Shown here piece after piece: positions 26,889 through 36,562 of a stretch of 64,000 bases of DNA. Position numbers and translations under genes: made by a program. The DNA lies in contig DASUEU010000058.1 of NCBI GenBank assembly GCA_036274895.1, forward strand, positions 84,885 to 148,884, written 5' to 3'. The stretch is from Thermoanaerobaculia bacterium. Its GTDB lineage: Bacteria; Acidobacteriota; Thermoanaerobaculia; Multivoradales; SZUA-115. The first letter of the stretch is position 1; each line of letters begins with the position of its first letter. The notes under the pieces were generated by a model. The model searched no databases. It was given only the letters and a program-made list of their open reading frames with translations, and was not told the DNA's origin.

Positions 26889-29606
26889 TCAGCCCGCCAC
26901 CGGCAGGACGATGTGGAACTCACAGAACTGACCCGGCCGGTGCCGCATCTGGATCTTGCCGCCCAGCTCGGTCAGTGACTCCTTCACCGTGTTGAGACCG
27001 TAGCCCCGACCGGCGTCGCCGGTAGCCTGGCTCATGGTGGTGAATCCTGGATGGAAGACCATCTCCTCTAGCGCGCCGGGCCTCCAGCGGTTCTGCGCGC
27101 GATCGACGAGACGATCGAAAAGCTCGGGATCCGTCTTGGCCATCTCACGGACGCGCTCGGCGACGCGCTGGTAGTCGAGGCCACGTCCGTCGTCGCGCAG
27201 CATCACCTCGAGATGGCCGTTGTGCCGTTGCAGGCTCACCTCGATTATGCCGCTCCGGGGCTTGCCCGCCGCCGCCCGGTCGAGGGGCGGCTCGATGCCG
27301 TGCGCGATCGAGTTGCGCACCAGCTGGGCGAGCACGTCCTGCAGCGGCTTGCGCAACCGCATCGGCACGTCCAGCGGGTCGGTGGCGCGGAAGACCAGGG
27401 CGGCCTCTTTGCCGGCCCTTTCCGCCAGGTCGCCAACGAAGCGCTCGAGCTGGGCCTTGAGCGCTCCCGCCCCCTCCTCGCCGCCGGTGGCGGCGAAGGT
27501 GTGCTGGATCGCCGCGAAGCGCTCGATCACCTCGCGGATCTCGGTGAGGCTCTCCGACAGCCGCGACAGCTCGAGCACCACCGGCACGAAGTCGTTGCCG
27601 TCGAGGCTCCGGCGGGCGCGCAGGTCGGAGAGCTTGTCCTCGAAGCGGTGGGCAGCCGCGGCGTAGTAGTCGATGCGCAGCAGCGCGGCCGTGCCCTTGA
27701 TGCCGTGGACGCGCCGGTAGATCTGATCGATGAGCCGCTGGTAGAAGGCGTTGCGCTCGCCCGCCGAGAGGTTGTCGGCCTTTGCTTCCTTGAGCAGCTC
27801 GTTGATCTGCGCGAGCTCGCCCTGGGCGCCTTCGACGAACTCGCGCAGGAGCTGGGGATCGACGTGCATCACCGAGAGCAGCAGCTCGGCCTGGCGCTCG
27901 AGGCGCTCCTGGGATTGCTTGAGCTGCACGGCGAGCTGGATGCGAGCGGTGACGTCGGTCACCGTCACCATCGCCGAGACGATGGCACCGCCCTCACGAA
28001 TTCGGTCGAAGGTGAAGGACAGGTACTTGTGCCGCAGGGCCCCGCCGCCGGCGGCGAAAGCCGTCTCGACCTCTCGCAGCGGGTTGATCTTGGCGATCAC
28101 CGAGTCGTTCTTGCTCGGGTTGAACAGCAGGCGGAGGAAGCGTTCCGTCAGCTCGAAGGTCCTCTCGGGCAGGCTGGTTCGCAGCAGATCCGGCAGCCGC
28201 TTGCCCGTCAGGTCCGCCCTGCCGAGGATGCCTTCCAGAGCCGCGGAGTACTTCGGCCCGAGGCGCAGCTCTGGATCGAGAAGGAAGAGACCCTCGCGCA
28301 CGGTGCCCATGATGGTGTCGGTCACCGTGAGGTTGTGCTCCAGCTGGGCGTTGGCCTGCTCGAGGCTCTCGGTCTTGGCGCGCATCTGCCCGACCATCGA
28401 GTTGAACGAGTCGGCCAGCTCGCCGATCTCGTCCCGGCCGGGCACCTCGACGGCGAGCCCGAGGTCACCTTCGCGCACCAGGTTGGACGCCTCGGCCAGC
28501 GTGGTCACGGGACGGATCCAGGCGCGCGACAGGAACAGGTAGAGGGGCAGGAGCACTGCCACCAGGATGCCCGAGAGCAGGGTCACCAGGGAGCGCGAGA
28601 GCTGCGCGGCGGCCCGCTCGAGGCTCGAGCGGGACGACACCAGGGCGAGCCTCCAGGTCGAGCCCGGCACCGGGAAGAGGAAAGCTTCGGACTCCTCACC
28701 GGTGACGAAGTCGCGAGCGACGGACACGGTCTCGAGCGCCGGCTCGCTGCCAGCGGCGGCAAGCCGGCCAAGGCTCTCGGCGATCGGCCGGAAGTCCGCC
28801 TGACGGGTGGCCAGTTGGCCGGCCGAGGCGATGGCCCCGGCGGCTGCGGGCTGCTTCGGCGCCGCGCTCTTTGCCGGCTCCGAAGAGAGGAAGCGTCCCT
28901 GACCATCGACCAGGAAGGCGTAGCCGCCGGCCGCCTCCTGCCAGCCCTCGGCCAGGGCGGCGAGGGCGGAGAGGCGCAGGTCGACGGTGGCGATCCCCAG
29001 CACGGCGTCCGAGCGATAGGCTGCCACGGCGCCGGTCACTACGGGCTCGCCGCCGTCGGGGCGACGGTGCGCGTCGCTCCACACCACACTGCCGGGAGGC
29101 AGCTGCCGCAGCCGCTCCAGGAGCTCGGCGTCCGGCCCGGCATCGGCGGGAACGGGCAGGGGCTGGTAGCGTGCGGCCACCACCCCGGGGTCGCCGGCCG
29201 ACCGGAACAGCGCAGAGAGAACGGCGTCCGCCCCGGCATCCTGGGCCAAGTCCGGGGCGGTCGCGGCGATCGAGCGAGCCACGGCCGCAGCCTCGGCGGT
29301 GCGCCGGCGCACCTGCTCAACGGCCTGGTTGCCCGCCCCCACCACCTTGAGGCGGGACTCGGCCACCACCAGGCTCTTGCCGTAAGTGTTCATGACCAGC
29401 ACGATGCCGAGCAGAATCAGGCCGAAGAGCAAGGCCAGGGCCAGGACACCCTGACCGGCGAGGCCGAAGCCGAGGCGGCGGGAGCGCCCCGCCGACCGGC
29501 CGAGGCCGCTGCCTTCGGTGGACACCGAGGGCACGGGCGTTGCTTGAAGTTCCGAGGGTTGTGATTCCACGAAGAGTCCTCCTTCCCCCACCAAAGCTAG
29601 AAACAC
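26889..29606 (-). CDS. CheA-like histidine kinase fused to an N-terminal TM sensor and HAMP domain
   Basis: GTG start with a TM segment and periplasmic region. It carries a HAMP domain (..DEIGELADSFNSM..), an HPt domain (RRVHGIKGTAALLRI) and an HATPase domain (..GRGYGLN..). Confidence 0.8.
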   Translation of the reverse strand: MFLALVGEGGLFVESQPSELQATPVPSVSTEGSGLGRSAGRSRRLGFGLAGQGVLALALLFGLILLGIVLVMNTYGKSLVVAESRLKVVGAGNQAVEQVRRRTAEAAAVARSIAATAPDLAQDAGADAVLSALFRSAGDPGVVAARYQPLPVPADAGPDAELLERLRQLPPGSVVWSDAHRRPDGGEPVVTGAVAAYRSDAVLGIATVDLRLSALAALAEGWQEAAGGYAFLVDGQGRFLSSEPAKSAAPKQPAAAGAIASAGQLATRQADFRPIAESLGRLAAAGSEPALETVSVARDFVTGEESEAFLFPVPGSTWRLALVSSRSSLERAAAQLSRSLVTLLSGILVAVLLPLYLFLSRAWIRPVTTLAEASNLVREGDLGLAVEVPGRDEIGELADSFNSMVGQMRAKTESLEQANAQLEHNLTVTDTIMGTVREGLFLLDPELRLGPKYSAALEGILGRADLTGKRLPDLLRTSLPERTFELTERFLRLLFNPSKNDSVIAKINPLREVETAFAAGGGALRHKYLSFTFDRIREGGAIVSAMVTVTDVTARIQLAVQLKQSQERLERQAELLLSVMHVDPQLLREFVEGAQGELAQINELLKEAKADNLSAGERNAFYQRLIDQIYRRVHGIKGTAALLRIDYYAAAAHRFEDKLSDLRARRSLDGNDFVPVVLELSRLSESLTEIREVIERFAAIQHTFAATGGEEGAGALKAQLERFVGDLAERAGKEAALVFRATDPLDVPMRLRKPLQDVLAQLVRNSIAHGIEPPLDRAAAGKPRSGIIEVSLQRHNGHLEVMLRDDGRGLDYQRVAERVREMAKTDPELFDRLVDRAQNRWRPGALEEMVFHPGFTTMSQATGDAGRGYGLNTVKESLTELGGKIQMRHRPGQFCEFHIVLPVAG

Positions 29607-29731
29607 AGCGTCCGCGGCACGACGAGTCTTCGCGCTCGCTCAACTGTCGGATCATATTTTCTGAAAGACCTTACGGCCAGCATTACGTGCCCGGCCCATC
29701 GACGCCGGCACTTCAAGTAGACTTTGTCCCA
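29607..29731. promoter_or_regulatory. AT-richer divergent promoter region between the CheA-like and kinase operons
   Basis: The local GC drop (..tcggatcatattttctgaaagaccttacgg..) lies between divergently transcribed genes. Confidence 0.3.
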
Positions 29732-31408
29732 GTGACCGCAACGCTCGGCAAGCTCAGTCGCTTCGACCTTCTAGAGCAGATCGCCGCCAGCCCCTTCGCG
29801 CTGGTCTACCGCGCGCGTGACCCGGAGACCGCCTCTTGGGTGGCGGTCAAAGTCTGCGTGGTGGCCGATCAGGCTCTGCGCAAGCGCTTCCTCTCAGCGG
29901 CGGAGCGCGCCGCCACTCTCTCGCATCCCCACATCGCCCGCATCCTCGAGTTCGGCTCGGGGGGCGGCCGGCCCTACCTGGTCGAGGAGTTCCTGAGCGG
30001 CCCGGACCTGCGGCAGCTGGTGCCCAACCTGCGGGCCTCCCCCGGCGCCCGCGAGCTGGCGATCCTGGTGCAGATCGCTCGCGCTCTGCAGTACGCCCAT
30101 CGCCAGGGCGTGGCACACCAGGACCTCAAGCCCGCCACCGTCCACCTGGAGGCACACGACGAGGTCAAGCTGGTGGACTTCGGCATCGCCCGGCTGGCGA
30201 CGGCGGTGATCTCGCTTTACGCTCCGGAGCAGCCCCCCGCCACCTCCGGCTATCTGGCCCCGGAGCAGGCCCTCGGGCTGCCGGCCGATGAGCGCACGGA
30301 CCTGTTCTGCTTCGGTGCCCTGGCCTGGGAGCTGCTGGCCAGACGCTCTCCCTTCGCCGGCGCGACCACGGCCGAGCTGGCCAGGGAGACCCTGCAAGCG
30401 GCCGAGGTGGCGCCGCTGTCCACCCTCTGGCCGGCTTGTCCGGCCGAGCTGGAGGCCCTGGTCGCCCGCTGCCTGGCCAAGAGCCCCGGCGAGCGCTACG
30501 CGGGCTTCGACGACCTGCTCCTCGACCTGATACCGATCCTCGAGGCCGTGCGGATCCCGGGCTGGCTCGCCCAGCGCAGCCTCGAGGACTCCGATACCGA
30601 GGCCCTGAATCCCGTGTCGTCCCTCGACGACACGGTGGCGATCCCCCTGGCGCAGATCGCCGCCCTGACCAGCGGCGATCCCGGCGAGGCGACCCTGGCC
30701 GACCGCCTCGCCACGGCGGTGCTGCCCTCTCCCGCGCCGCCGTCGCCCCTGACCGGCGTGACCATGCCCCTGCCGACCGAGGAGCTGCCGGCGAGCGCAA
30801 GAGCGCAGGCCGCGCCAGTCGATCCTGCGCCCACCGCCCAGGCGGCAGCTGCCGTCGCGCCATCCCGTCCGATGGCACCGCCTCCGGAGCCCACGCGTCC
30901 GGAGATGGTGCGCCCGGCCCTGGCGGCGCGAGGGGCGCCAGCGGGGGCGCCGGGGCCCGCACCCACGCGGTCCCGCAAGGGGCTGAAGCTGGCCCTGGCG
31001 TCAGCCGCCGCCCTGGCCGTGATGCTCTTGGGCGTGCTGGCGGTAATCCAGGCCCGAGACCAGGCGCCGCCGACCCTGCCCGCCCCGGCAACGCCGCCCG
31101 TTCCGGCCGCCACGCCGGCGCGGGTGGTGCCGACCTACCCGGCACGCTTCGACGCCGCGCCGTGGGCCGAGCTGATCTCTCTGACCGACGCCGGCGGCAA
31201 GGCCCTGGCCCTGCCCGCCGAGCGCCACACGCCGGTCGCCCTGTTCCTGCCCGCGGGCCGCTACACCGGCCTGCTGCGCCATCCTGGATCCGCCACCCCC
31301 CTGCCCTGCCAGCTCGAGGTCAAGGCCCTGGGGCCCAACGAGTGCCAGGTGGAAGCCCGGCGGGTGGACGTGGACGAGTACTTCCAGCGTGCCGGGTGGT
31401 GGCGATGA
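29732..31408 (+). CDS. Hanks-type Ser/Thr protein kinase with TM segment and extracytoplasmic C-terminal domain
   Basis: In-frame GTG at 29732 (VTATLGKLSRFDLLEQ..). The kinase motifs VAVK, HQDLKPATV and DFGIA are present, followed by a Pro/Ala-rich linker, a TM helix and a C-terminal domain. Confidence 0.8.
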   Translation: MTATLGKLSRFDLLEQIAASPFALVYRARDPETASWVAVKVCVVADQALRKRFLSAAERAATLSHPHIARILEFGSGGGRPYLVEEFLSGPDLRQLVPNLRASPGARELAILVQIARALQYAHRQGVAHQDLKPATVHLEAHDEVKLVDFGIARLATAVISLYAPEQPPATSGYLAPEQALGLPADERTDLFCFGALAWELLARRSPFAGATTAELARETLQAAEVAPLSTLWPACPAELEALVARCLAKSPGERYAGFDDLLLDLIPILEAVRIPGWLAQRSLEDSDTEALNPVSSLDDTVAIPLAQIAALTSGDPGEATLADRLATAVLPSPAPPSPLTGVTMPLPTEELPASARAQAAPVDPAPTAQAAAAVAPSRPMAPPPEPTRPEMVRPALAARGAPAGAPGPAPTRSRKGLKLALASAAALAVMLLGVLAVIQARDQAPPTLPAPATPPVPAATPARVVPTYPARFDAAPWAELISLTDAGGKALALPAERHTPVALFLPAGRYTGLLRHPGSATPLPCQLEVKALGPNECQVEARRVDVDEYFQRAGWWR

Positions 31409-32634
31409 ACGGCGCACGCCGCCTGCTCGCGGCGGGGCTCCTCGCCCTGATCGCCGCCACGCCGGCGCGGGCGGACTTCCTCGACCGCTACAAGCAGGGG
31501 CTCGAGGCGATCGAGAAGAAGGCCTGGGGCGACGCGGCCACGGCCTTGCGGGCGGCCATCGCCGAACGCCCCGAGGAGAACGACCGGCTGCCCAAGAAGC
31601 TCTATTTCAAGCGCTATCTGCCCCACTTCTACCTGGGCGTCGCCCTCGCCGAGCTGGGTGACTGTGACGGCGCCCTCGCCGCCTGGCGCGAGTCCGAGCG
31701 CCAGGGCGTGGTGCAGCGCTTCGAGGAGCACAAACGGCTGAAGGAAGGGCGCAACCGCTGCGGCGAGCGGCTCTCGGCCGCGGCCGCCCTCGAAGACGCC
31801 CTGGCGGTGTCGCGTGAGGCCGTGCGCAAGGCCACCGAGGCCCGCAACGAAGCCATGGCCGCCCTCTCGGCCCTGCCCGCCGGCGGCAACGAGGCCAACT
31901 CGGCCTCCTTCGCGAGCAGCGAGCAGGAGGCCAACCGCAGCCTGGAGTCGGCACGGGAGCGGCTGGCGACGGCCCGCGAGAAGAGCGACCTCGAGGCCGC
32001 CCGCGAGTCGGCCGAGCAGGCCGACCGCGCCACGCGCCTCTACCACGACCTCACCGCCGAGGTCCGGCGTGCCGGCGAGACCGCCCAGGCTGAGCGTGCC
32101 GCAGCAGCGGGAGAGCTGGGTACCCTGCTCGCCAATGCCCAGCGGGCGCTCGACTCGATGCCGCTCGCCGCCCCTTTCCCGCCGGAGGTGGGCCGTCGCC
32201 GCGACGAGGTGGCCGCCCTGATCACCGAGGGCAAGCGCCTCGGGCCGAGCGCCAGTCCGGCGACAGTGACTGATTGGAAGGGGCGCCTCGACGCCGGCCT
32301 GGGCCGGCTACGCAAGGCTCTGGTGCCGCCCCCGGCCGAGCTCCAGGAGGCCGCCCGGCTGCTCTTCGCCGCCGATTACGAGGGGGCCGTCGCCCGGCTC
32401 GCCCTGGTCGCCTACACCGACCGCCGGACCCAGGCTCACGCCCTGCTGCTGCGCTCGGCAGCCCGCTACCTGCTCTACCTCGAAGGGGGGGCCAAGGACG
32501 CCGCCCTGCTGGTGGGAGCTCGGGCCGATCTCGCCGCCAGCCGCGACGCCGACGCCGGCGTGAAGCTCGCCCGTGACCTCTTCTCCCCCCGCTTCGTGGC
32601 GTTCTACGACCAGGAGACCGGCCAGGGCCGATGA
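31405..32634 (+). CDS. secreted Ala/Glu-rich coiled-coil protein, translationally coupled to the kinase
   Basis: Starts MNGARRLLAAGLLALIAATPARA (signal peptide) at ATG 31405, overlapping the kinase TGA as ATGA. The listed ORF 30436..32634 is coding only from here. Confidence 0.6.
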   Translation: MNGARRLLAAGLLALIAATPARADFLDRYKQGLEAIEKKAWGDAATALRAAIAERPEENDRLPKKLYFKRYLPHFYLGVALAELGDCDGALAAWRESERQGVVQRFEEHKRLKEGRNRCGERLSAAAALEDALAVSREAVRKATEARNEAMAALSALPAGGNEANSASFASSEQEANRSLESARERLATAREKSDLEAARESAEQADRATRLYHDLTAEVRRAGETAQAERAAAAGELGTLLANAQRALDSMPLAAPFPPEVGRRRDEVAALITEGKRLGPSASPATVTDWKGRLDAGLGRLRKALVPPPAELQEAARLLFAADYEGAVARLALVAYTDRRTQAHALLLRSAARYLLYLEGGAKDAALLVGARADLAASRDADAGVKLARDLFSPRFVAFYDQETGQGR

Positions 32635-34319
32635 TCGACCGGCGGACCTTCCTGGCCCTGGCCTCCCTGCTCGGCGCCGGCCCCGCCGCCGTCGCCCGCG
32701 CAGTCGAGGCGAGCGGCGAGGAGGACTTCCTGGTTCGCCTGGCCGCCGCGGCCGAGGGTCTCCTCGACCTGCCGATGACCGCCGAGGAGCGGCGCCTGAT
32801 GGCCGACGGGCTCGGCGAGCAGTTGGCGGCCTACCGGGAGCTGCGCCAGGTGCCCATCCCCGACCCGGTGAGCCCGGCCCTGACCTTCGACCCCCGGCCC
32901 GGCGGGGACTGGCGCCCCGGACCGACCCGCTCCCCCGCCGCCCGCCCCACGGCCGAGGCCCTGCGGCCGCCGGCCACCGCCGACGGTTGGGCCTTCCGCT
33001 CGGCCGCCGAGCTGGGGCGCTCGGTCGCCCGCCGCGAGGTCAGCTCGCTCGAGCTCACCCGGCTCTATCTCGAGCGGCTCGAGCGCCACGACCCGAAGCT
33101 GCTGTGCGTCATCACGCTGCTCGCCGAGCGCGCCCTGGCCGAGGCCGAGGCCGCCGATCGCGCCCTGGCGCGGGGCGAGAGCCGGGGGCCCCTCCACGGC
33201 GTGCCTTGGGGTGCCAAGGACCTGCTCGCCACCCGGGGCTCCCCGACCACCTGGGGGGCCGCGCCCTACCGGAACCAGAGCTTCGACCAGGACGCCTCGG
33301 TGGTCACCCGCCTGGGAGAGGCCGGGGCTCCCCTGCTGGCCAAGCTGACCCTGGGCGAGCTCGCCTGGGGCGACCTGTGGTTCGGTGGCAAGACGCGCAA
33401 TCCCTGGAACCTCGAGGAGGGCTCGAGCGGCTCCTCCGCCGGCTCCGCCTCGGCCGTTGCGGCCGGGCTCGTGGGCTTCGCCCTGGGCTCGGAGACCTGG
33501 GGCTCGATCGTCTCCCCCTGCGACCGCTGTGGCGTCTCCGGCCTGCGCCCGACCTTCGGCCGGATCAGCCGCCACGGCGCCATGGCCCTGTCCTGGTCGA
33601 TGGACAAGCTGGGGCCGATCGCTCGCACCGTCGAGGACCTGGCCCTGGTCTTCGCCGCGACCTACGGCCCGGACGATCGAGATCCCTGGAGCCTGGACGG
33701 CCCCGGCTTTTCCTGGCCGGTGAGGCTCGAGCCCCGCCGGCTCAGGGTCGGCGTGCTGGCTGCGGACTTCGAGCGCAAGAGCGAGGACGACGCCGACGCC
33801 GAGCGGCAGGCCCTCGAGAAGGCGGCGCTCGCTGCAGTGGCCGGCCTGGGGGTGGACCTGATCCCGGTCGAGCTGCCGAGGATCCCGGTCGAGCCCCTGT
33901 CGATCATCCTCTCGGCCGAAGCCGCCGCGGCCTTCGACGAGCTGACCAGGAGCGGCCGGGACGACCTGCTCAGCCGCCAGGGCACGGCCTCCTGGCAGAA
34001 CGTCTTCCGCCACTCCCGCTTCATCCCGGCCGTCGAGTACCTCCAGGCCAACCGGGTGCGCCGCCTCTTGATCGCCGAGATGGCGAGGCTCTTCGAGCGG
34101 GTCGACGCCTACCTCGCCCCACCCTTCGCCGGCCCCAACCTGCTGCTGACCAACCTCTCCGGCCATCCCCAGGCGGTGGTGCCCTGCGGCTTCCGCGAGA
34201 ACGGCACGCCGGTGTCGATCACCTTCGTCGGCAACCTCTTCGCCGAGGCCGACCTCCTGGCCCTGGCCCGGGCCTACCAGGAAGCCACCGGCCACCACCT
34301 GCGCCATCCGGCGCTGTGA
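32631..34319 (+). CDS. amidase-signature family amidase with Tat signal peptide
   Basis: Has an MIDRRTFLALASLLGAG twin-arginine leader and the amidase signature GGSSGSSAGSASAVAAGL. Its start overlaps the upstream stop as ATGA. Confidence 0.8.
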   Translation: MIDRRTFLALASLLGAGPAAVARAVEASGEEDFLVRLAAAAEGLLDLPMTAEERRLMADGLGEQLAAYRELRQVPIPDPVSPALTFDPRPGGDWRPGPTRSPAARPTAEALRPPATADGWAFRSAAELGRSVARREVSSLELTRLYLERLERHDPKLLCVITLLAERALAEAEAADRALARGESRGPLHGVPWGAKDLLATRGSPTTWGAAPYRNQSFDQDASVVTRLGEAGAPLLAKLTLGELAWGDLWFGGKTRNPWNLEEGSSGSSAGSASAVAAGLVGFALGSETWGSIVSPCDRCGVSGLRPTFGRISRHGAMALSWSMDKLGPIARTVEDLALVFAATYGPDDRDPWSLDGPGFSWPVRLEPRRLRVGVLAADFERKSEDDADAERQALEKAALAAVAGLGVDLIPVELPRIPVEPLSIILSAEAAAAFDELTRSGRDDLLSRQGTASWQNVFRHSRFIPAVEYLQANRVRRLLIAEMARLFERVDAYLAPPFAGPNLLLTNLSGHPQAVVPCGFRENGTPVSITFVGNLFAEADLLALARAYQEATGHHLRHPAL

Positions 34320-34346
34320 GCCACCCGCCGGAAGGTGCCGCCGGAA

Positions 34347-34399
34347 GGTGCCAGCCGAGTAGGTACGGCGATGCCGCACCAAGGTGCCAGCCGACTTGG
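34347..34399. repeat. tandem pair of the dispersed motif GGTGCCAGCCGAsTTGG
   Basis: ggtgccagccgagtagg (34347-34363) and ggtgccagccgacttgg (34383-34399) lie between convergent gene ends. Confidence 0.8.
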
Positions 34400-34440
34400 G
34401 CAAGATGTCCGGCGCCGAGCCCTGGGAGTCGCCCGGGCGC

Positions 34441-35214
34441 CTACCGCTCAGCCCAGAACAGGATCCGCTGGAAGGGGTAGAAGTACGGGCGTTGACCCCC
34501 GAGCACCGACATCAGCTCTCGCCGGTACTCCTCGAGATAGGCATCCCACAGCTCGCCAGGCAGGCGACTCTGGTAGTCGGTGAGCAGGGTGCCCTTCACC
34601 CACTCCACCACCTCCTCGGCTCCGGCCAGCAGGTGCCCGTAGACCTCGAGGCGCACGCGTTGGCGGCCGGCTCCTGCGTCGTGGAGCACCTGGGCGTAGC
34701 GCTCCGGGGCGAGCACCGGCGAGGCGCGCTGGTAGCCACCCAGGGCCGCTGAGAAGGGTTCACGGCCGGCGATTTCGTGGGCCAGGGTGTGGGAGGGATG
34801 GCCATGGTTCGCCGGCACCTGGACGGCGAGCTGCCCATCGGGGGCCAGGTGGGCGAAGAGCCTTGGAATCAGGGACTCGTGATCCGGAAGCCAGTGGAGG
34901 GCAGCGTTCGAGAACACGAGGTCGTAAGACTCGGCCGGAGCGAAGCCGGCAATATCGCCTTCGGCGAACGACAGCCCCGGCTCGACGAATCCCTCGCTCT
35001 CGGCGAGCATCGAGCTCGAACGGTCGATGCCCAGGGTGGAGACGGCGCCGAGCCGCCGGTGGAGCTCGCGGGTCAGCTCTCCCGTGCCGCAGCCGAGGTC
35101 AACGATCCTCATCGTGGGCCGGGCCTCGACCATCGCGAGCAGGTCCCGAAACGGCTGGGCCCTCTCCTCGCGGAAGCGGTCGTACTGCATCGGGCTCCAG
35201 GAGTCCTGGCTCAT
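34441..35214 (-). CDS. tam: trans-aconitate 2-methyltransferase
   Basis: MQYDRF.., VDLGCGTGELT and LVFSNAALHWLPDH align with E. coli Tam. The start may be ATG 35190. Confidence 0.8.
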   Translation of the reverse strand: MSQDSWSPMQYDRFREERAQPFRDLLAMVEARPTMRIVDLGCGTGELTRELHRRLGAVSTLGIDRSSSMLAESEGFVEPGLSFAEGDIAGFAPAESYDLVFSNAALHWLPDHESLIPRLFAHLAPDGQLAVQVPANHGHPSHTLAHEIAGREPFSAALGGYQRASPVLAPERYAQVLHDAGAGRQRVRLEVYGHLLAGAEEVVEWVKGTLLTDYQSRLPGELWDAYLEEYRRELMSVLGGQRPYFYPFQRILFWAER

Positions 35215-35232
35215 GGCCGTCTCTCACTCCCC

Positions 35233-35271
35233 AAGAACGAAAACGGGCGAGAGCCCGAAAGCCCTCGCCCG
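35233..35271 (-). terminator. rho-independent terminator downstream of secreted paralog gene
   Basis: The minus strand reads cgggcgag..ctcgcccg hairpin then gttttcgttc. Confidence 0.45.
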
Positions 35272-35293
35272 CAAGGATCCGCTCGAGTGAAGC

Positions 35294-36562
35294 TCAGTTG
35301 CCGATGGTCGTGTCGACGACCGCCGGATCGGTCACGTTGCTCAGCTGGAAGGCGTCGAAGCCAACGCTGAAGCGGCCGCTGGCATCCATGATCGCCGTCA
35401 CCCAGTTCTGCATCTCGGGCTCGAACGGCACCTGGCTGCCCACCACGGTGGAGTTCAGGTTGAGGTACAGCCAGCCGAAGTCGAACGGCACCGGGAAGTC
35501 CGCGCCACCCACGGCCACGCGGTTCGCCTCCCACGGGAAGGGGATCAGCGACGTGCCCGGGATCGGCGGCGAGAAGGGGCTGGAAACCGGGATGTCCGGG
35601 TTCTCCTGCTCGTCGAAGATCACGATCTGGTTCTGGCTGAGCGGGAACGGGCTCGGGGCCACCAGAGCGCAGCTGAAGGGAGCGATGCCCCGCTTCGAGT
35701 CGCGCCACACCACCAGGTCGGTGCCGCCGTCGAAGGCGCCGCCGTTCAAGAACCGGACGAAGAACAGGTTGTCCAGACCCTCGCGGTTGTCGTCACCGGC
35801 GGTGAACTTGCGGTAGAAGGTGTAGTTGCCCGCGCCGAGCTGCGCGTCGGCCTCGATGTGCACCATCGTCTCGCCCTGGGCGAAGTTCTCGGCCGAGTTG
35901 ACGTAGAAGTAGTCGCCCAGCATGACGTTCTGGTTGGTGGCGTCGCCCTGGCCGCCGCTGATGAAGTAACCGACGTCGCCGGGGAAGCGCAGCGAGCAGT
36001 TGTTCACCGTGTCGACGGTGATGTAGCCACGGGCGACGTTGTCGCCGTGGTCCACGCCCGAGCACAGGCCACCGAAGACCACCGGCGAGGCCTGGCCGGT
36101 GTGGGCCGCCCGGATGTGGTCGAGCAGCACGGCCGGCAGCGGCGGCAGCGGGAGCTGGCCGGTGCAGCTGGCGAAGTTGATGTCCTGGGAGAAGTCACCC
36201 TGGGGGCTGATGGTGTCCGCCGGGTCCTGACCGTCCGACGCGGTCCGCGGCACCGTACCGCTGCTGAACAGGTCGCGCAGGTTGAAGGACTGCACGTCGT
36301 AGCCGGTCAAGTAGACGTTGAAGTCCAGGGTCGGCACCGAGAGGTCGGTCCACAGGGTCACGTGGGCCAGGATCGCGGTGGCGGAGGAGTTGTTGATCGA
36401 GAAGAGGGTGGTGACGCCGTTGGGGTCGTCGAGGTCGACCTCGAAGTACGGCAGCAGCAGGGTCGCCGCCGGCACGTCGTCGATGGTGCCGATCTCGGCG
36501 CGGATCTGCCCGGCCCCGGCCACCAGGCCGACGAGCGCGAGGGCAAGCGCGATACGCTTCAT
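35294..36562 (-). CDS. secreted hypothetical protein, tandem paralog A
   Basis: Signal peptide MKRIALALALVGLVAGAGQIRA. 422 aa, ~90% identical to the neighbouring gene. Confidence 0.7.
   Translation of the reverse strand: MKRIALALALVGLVAGAGQIRAEIGTIDDVPAATLLLPYFEVDLDDPNGVTTLFSINNSSATAILAHVTLWTDLSVPTLDFNVYLTGYDVQSFNLRDLFSSGTVPRTASDGQDPADTISPQGDFSQDINFASCTGQLPLPPLPAVLLDHIRAAHTGQASPVVFGGLCSGVDHGDNVARGYITVDTVNNCSLRFPGDVGYFISGGQGDATNQNVMLGDYFYVNSAENFAQGETMVHIEADAQLGAGNYTFYRKFTAGDDNREGLDNLFFVRFLNGGAFDGGTDLVVWRDSKRGIAPFSCALVAPSPFPLSQNQIVIFDEQENPDIPVSSPFSPPIPGTSLIPFPWEANRVAVGGADFPVPFDFGWLYLNLNSTVVGSQVPFEPEMQNWVTAIMDASGRFSVGFDAFQLSNVTDPAVVDTTIGN

Noticed and set aside
30436-31404. 5' two-thirds of ORF 30436..32634 (732 aa)
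   Set aside because: Only the part from ATG 31405 (signal peptide onward) is coding. Upstream it is an off-frame reading of the kinase gene.
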